A stretch of 20,149 bases of DNA from a candidate division WOR-3 bacterium (GTDB lineage Bacteria > Hydrothermota > Tepidihabitantia > Tepidihabitantales > Tepidihabitantaceae), in NCBI GenBank assembly GCA_965648935.1, contig CBFGIY010000045.1:1-20149 (forward strand), given 5' to 3'. Position numbers and translations under genes: made by a program. Below the pieces are notes generated by a model, which had not been told where the DNA came from, searched no databases, and worked only from the letters and a program-made list of their open reading frames with translations. Positions 16,944 to 20,149 of this stretch are shown here, piece by piece (position 1 is the first letter of the stretch; every line of letters begins with the position of its first letter).

Positions 16944-17269
16944 GGGAAACGCTTAGGCTAGGAGTGCCGCCGGGCCGGCCAGCCTGTCCGGTGCGGAGAC
17001 CGTTGGGTTGCCCTTGGGGCCTCGCGCCGGCCCACTCTGTACCCGCCTACCCGGTCTCTACAGGGCCGCCCGGGGAACGGTCCCCTGGACTGCCCAAGAG
17101 CCGGCCATTTCCGCGAAACCAACTTCGCCCCCGCCCGTAAGTGCCCGACAATTCTCTTCCTACCTGTTACCTCCAATCTCCGGCCTGTCCCGGCCTCACG
17201 GATTTCGTCACAAACCCGCCCCGGGTCGGCTCTGATGTCCCACCGGCGCGTCAAGCGCCATTGATGTTA

Positions 17270-17322
17270 TTGACTCCGCGCCCGCGCCGCTTACACTTCG
17301 TCAACTTCTCTGTCCGGACAAC
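17270..17322 (+). promoter_or_regulatory. Promoter plus conserved 21-bp element, copy 1
   Basis: TTGACT (17270-17275), 16 nt, TACACT (17292-17297), 4 nt, CAACTTCTCTGTCCGGACAAC (17302-17322). Confidence 0.7.
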
Positions 17323-17365
17323 CGTACAACAATCAGACTTGCCCCTGAGGGGGGAAGGAGACATC

Positions 17366-17992
17366 GTGTCATACGACACCGAAGTCGATCGCATCCAACA
17401 AGTCACTTGGCCGGCTGGCCGCTACGAGGAGATCTGCTTCGGACTGAGCCACTATGGCCTGTATTGGAACAGAGAATCCCACGGCCCGGGCACGTGGGAT
17501 TGCGCCATCCTGAGCAGTATGGCTAACGCCGCCGCTTACCAGGGAATGCCTCTGAAACCGCACGGCCACAGGATTGGTTCCGGGCCGTGGCTGGCCGACC
17601 TCGTCTGGACACTTGGCGACCCCAAGACCGAGAGCCTGTACTACGTGGCGATGGCGCTTAACATCGAACTGGGCTGGGGAGCGTCCGACGAGCCCGGGTG
17701 GCGCCGCAAGGTCATACCTCACCTCAAGAGCCTGATGCACGTCGTCGCAGACGAGCGCGTGTTCGTCACCTCGGTACCGCGGGGCTGGGAGGAAAGCTTC
17801 TCGCCCCTGCGCGCGCTCGACGAACTGGCGCACTGCGTCGAGAACCACGGGTACCAGGATGACATCCTGCTCGTCGTGCTGTCCGCGCCGTGGATGAAGA
17901 CGAACCGCGTTGCCCTGCGCGCCTGCTCGCTCGCGTTTGGGGACCCCGATTCAGACCGGAAGCGCACCCGCCTGCTCGACCGCGAGCTCTAG
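17366..17992 (+). CDS. Hypothetical protein (208 aa), possible degenerate PD-(D/E)XK nuclease fold
   Basis: GTG 17366 after RBS AAGGAG. WLADLVW...VAMALNIELGW...HLKSLMHVVADERVFVT resembles the D...ExE core with substitutions. The fold call is an inference. Confidence 0.65.
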   Translation: MSYDTEVDRIQQVTWPAGRYEEICFGLSHYGLYWNRESHGPGTWDCAILSSMANAAAYQGMPLKPHGHRIGSGPWLADLVWTLGDPKTESLYYVAMALNIELGWGASDEPGWRRKVIPHLKSLMHVVADERVFVTSVPRGWEESFSPLRALDELAHCVENHGYQDDILLVVLSAPWMKTNRVALRACSLAFGDPDSDRKRTRLLDREL

Positions 17993-17999
17993 CCGGCGC

Positions 18000-18902
18000 C
18001 TAGGCCACGTCGTAGCCGATATTGTGCAGCACCGTCACGGCGGTCAGCGCCTCGGCGTGCTCCGACATCTCAACCGGCATCGCGGCAAGGCGCGTGACCG
18101 ACCCGTCCTTCCGGCAGAGCGTGCCGCAGGGCAGCGCGCCCTCAGCCTGCGACCACTCGAGCCGGAACCCGTGCTGGGGCGCGGCGCTTTCCAGCACCTC
18201 GCGCAGCCAGAACCACGCATCGCCCCCGTGGCAGACCACGGCCCCGGGCCGCCGCAGTTCCAGCGCGGTGATGGCCTGGCGCGTGCAGTGCCGCTGGGCC
18301 GGCGGCCGGCCCGCCTCGACCGGGGCCAGCGACCGGTCCAGTCGCGCCGGGCAATCGCTGATGGTCATCATCATCATCCGCCGGGCCAGGTCGCACAGCG
18401 CCTCGCCGTCGGACTCGCGGGCCGCATCCTCCCACTGCTGCCGGCCCAGGTAACGGTTCGTCGCCACCGCGCACTCCAGCTCGTACGCGGCGCGTATCGT
18501 CACGACCTCGGCCAGTTCCGCCAGCCCATCGGCGTCGCGGTCGAACCACGACAGGTACTGCTCCACCTTCTCCGCGGCCGACCGCGGCGGGCGGCGGGGA
18601 TAAGGCCCCGGCCAGTACTGCGGCGTGGTCTGAAGATTGTGCCAGGTCTCCCACTCGAACTCGACCGCCCGGGTGACGAGCAGGTGCAGAATCGGGCCGC
18701 CGGGATGGCCCAGCAGCGCGGTCGGCCGGAACCACCTTGTGCGGCCGGCCGGCACCGGCACCAGCTTCCCGTGCGCGCAGAACCGGTCCGGGCAGCGCTC
18801 GCTGTCCAGCGAGGAAAGAAACTCGGTATCCTGCCACAGCCGAGCCCCGTCATCGCCCGCCTGCCCGTCCGACGATTCTCTGGATTCCTCATCGTGCAAC
18901 AA
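18000..18902 (-). CDS. Hypothetical protein (~300 aa), possible divergent uracil-DNA glycosylase superfamily member
   Basis: TTG 18902 after RBS GGGAGG. MTISDCP...HC...LELRRPGAVVCHGGDAW parallels the UDG family 4/5 pattern TNxxKC...C...EI-xx-xxPxxIVxLGxxA. N-terminal CPDRFC. The fold call is an inference. Confidence 0.65.
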   Translation of the reverse strand: MLHDEESRESSDGQAGDDGARLWQDTEFLSSLDSERCPDRFCAHGKLVPVPAGRTRWFRPTALLGHPGGPILHLLVTRAVEFEWETWHNLQTTPQYWPGPYPRRPPRSAAEKVEQYLSWFDRDADGLAELAEVVTIRAAYELECAVATNRYLGRQQWEDAARESDGEALCDLARRMMMMTISDCPARLDRSLAPVEAGRPPAQRHCTRQAITALELRRPGAVVCHGGDAWFWLREVLESAAPQHGFRLEWSQAEGALPCGTLCRKDGSVTRLAAMPVEMSEHAEALTAVTVLHNIGYDVA

Positions 18903-18938
18903 CCCGTGCCCTCCCTTCGGAGAAAAACGCTTCCTGCA

Positions 18939-18992
18939 GTTGTCCGGACAGAGAAGTTGGAGAAGACTATTGCCGTACCGGCGGCGAGTCAA
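18939..18992 (-). promoter_or_regulatory. Promoter plus conserved 21-bp element, copy 2 (inverted relative to copy 1)
   Basis: On the minus strand: TTGACT (18992-18987), 17 nt, TAGTCT (18969-18964), 4 nt, CAACTTCTCTGTCCGGACAAC (18959-18939). The element is 21/21 identical to copy 1. Confidence 0.7.
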
Positions 18993-19038
18993 GCAACGCC
19001 CGACGCCGGGCTGGTCGCGCGCTTGCCCCGCCGGTCGC

Positions 19039-19066
19039 TTGACAGCGGGACCGAGCCCCCTATTAT
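19039..19066 (+). promoter_or_regulatory. Near-consensus sigma70 promoter
   Basis: TTGACA (19039-19044), 16 nt, TATTAT (19061-19066). RBS GAGGAG at 19072-19077. Confidence 0.7.
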
Positions 19067-19083
19067 GCCACGAGGAGACGAAT

Positions 19084-19851
19084 GTGCTGGATGAACTGCC
19101 CCGCCCGCCTGTTCCACATTGGCTTGAGACCATCACGAGTGAAAGCATCGAGCGTTGCACGTTCCCGCTGAGGGAACTGCTGAACGGAAGCCTCTACTAT
19201 CCCGCCTGCGGGACCGACGGCAATCCTGTCAGATTCCTGGCCGGCAACTTCCACAGCTTCATCTACGTAGACTACAGGTTCGAACGCGAAGCGCTCGGGC
19301 GAGAACTGGCAGAGAGGGGATTCAGAGGCTACCGAGTCATAGCGGAGAGGAATGTCCTGAAGCAGGAGCTTGTGCCGCAGGGCTGGCGTCCGTCGCCACC
19401 GACTTCCGATGACATCATCCCGAACCGCGAGCCGCCAAGCGAACCGACGGATGGTACGGCCCCATTCTGCCTGTGGACGGTGTTCGAGCGGCAAGCTGAA
19501 CTCGGCGACGACCATGGGCCAGCGCGGTTCAGCCTGCTGTGCATCTGCGGTGATGGAGTAGCCACATACCAAGCGCTGTACCACAGCAACCACTGCAGAC
19601 CTGATGCCATCGCGATAATCCAGCCGGGAACCGGATTCGGAGGAAACTGGACGGACTTCGCGAACCCAGAGATGGTACTCTCACGCTCAGTGGAGAGTAC
19701 ACCCGGTGGTGCGCCTGAGTACCTGCTCCATGGAGGATGGGGCGACCCCAGTTTCTATGAGCACTCCTGCTGGCCGAACTACTCCAGACTCGTCCGTCGC
19801 TTCAGGGATGGCCGCCTGGGGCTGTGGAGGCGACGCACAGCTCAGCGGTGA
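19084..19851 (+). CDS. Hypothetical protein (255 aa), possible SAM-dependent methyltransferase-like fold
   Basis: GTG 19084 after promoter and RBS. SLYYPACGTDG followed by FIYVDY has motif I/II-like spacing. Codon usage is visibly richer in A/T-ending and AGA/GGA codons than the housekeeping genes. Confidence 0.7.
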   Translation: MLDELPRPPVPHWLETITSESIERCTFPLRELLNGSLYYPACGTDGNPVRFLAGNFHSFIYVDYRFEREALGRELAERGFRGYRVIAERNVLKQELVPQGWRPSPPTSDDIIPNREPPSEPTDGTAPFCLWTVFERQAELGDDHGPARFSLLCICGDGVATYQALYHSNHCRPDAIAIIQPGTGFGGNWTDFANPEMVLSRSVESTPGGAPEYLLHGGWGDPSFYEHSCWPNYSRLVRRFRDGRLGLWRRRTAQR

Positions 19852-20026
19852 CCAACAGGGCTGGATTTGGCAAACCGGCCAGCCGCACACCATCCATCCC
19901 TGAATCCCTCAATCTGACACATCCCACACGCTCCATTCGGCTGCAGATGTAGCGTGCGGTTGCATGAACAGAGAAGCAGGTTAAGCCCGCACGCGCGCCA
20001 GGCGGGCAGGTCAAGCCGAATCGGGC

Positions 20027-20149
20027 TTGACGGTCAGACGGCGGCGCCTAGAGTATCCTGTGTCAGTGTTCTGCGCGCCTGTGTCACGCGACGCAGGCGC
20101 TGGGCTGTGCAGTACATACCCGTTGGTCATGCGTGCAAAGACAAGGAGG
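20027..20149 (+). promoter_or_regulatory. Promoter, structured 5' leader and RBS for a gene starting beyond the window
   Basis: TTGACG (20027-20032), 16 nt, TAGAGT (20049-20054). Hairpin at 20075-20100. AAGGAGG at 20143-20149. Confidence 0.5.

Noticed and set aside
16802..17269. Replication origin or tRNA integration site
   Set aside because: No DnaA-box cluster, no AT-rich unwinding element and no tRNA cloverleaf recognised.
18366..18377. (CAT)4 microsatellite encoding MMMM as a phase-variation tract
   Set aside because: Short and a multiple of three, so slippage would not shift the frame.
17302..18959. The 21-bp inverted repeats as transposon terminal repeats or integron attC sites
   Set aside because: No transposase or integrase, no target-site duplication, similarity extends outward into promoter boxes, and no RYYYAAC...GTTRRRY attC structure.

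Overview
High-GC bacterial chromosomal window. Positions 1-16764 are mostly housekeeping genes: a partial 4-TM membrane protein, endonuclease III (nth), a conserved hypothetical, a transaldolase / fused transketolase / PLP-aminotransferase / methyltransferase-like run, an MrfB(YprB)-like exonuclease with an MrfA(YprA)-like DUF1998 helicase, a P-type cation ATPase carrying an in-frame 4x33-bp GTAG-REP-like insertion, an FGE-sulfatase-fold protein, and a minus-strand GT2 / flippase-like / hisC run. Positions ~16800-20149 look accessory. After a ~600-bp non-coding gap come two convergent orphan genes: a degenerate PD-(D/E)XK-like protein and a divergent uracil-DNA-glycosylase-like protein. Each is preceded by the same promoter plus an identical 21-bp element (CAACTTCTCTGTCCGGACAAC), so the two copies form an inverted repeat around the pair. 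A divergently transcribed SAM-methyltransferase-like gene and a third, degenerate copy of the element follow. Most recognisable sigma70-type promoters have a 16-bp spacer, and several sit directly on start codons (likely leaderless mRNAs). No tRNA, rRNA, CRISPR array, transposase, integrase or reverse transcriptase was seen. All family calls come from reading motifs by eye; no searches were run.
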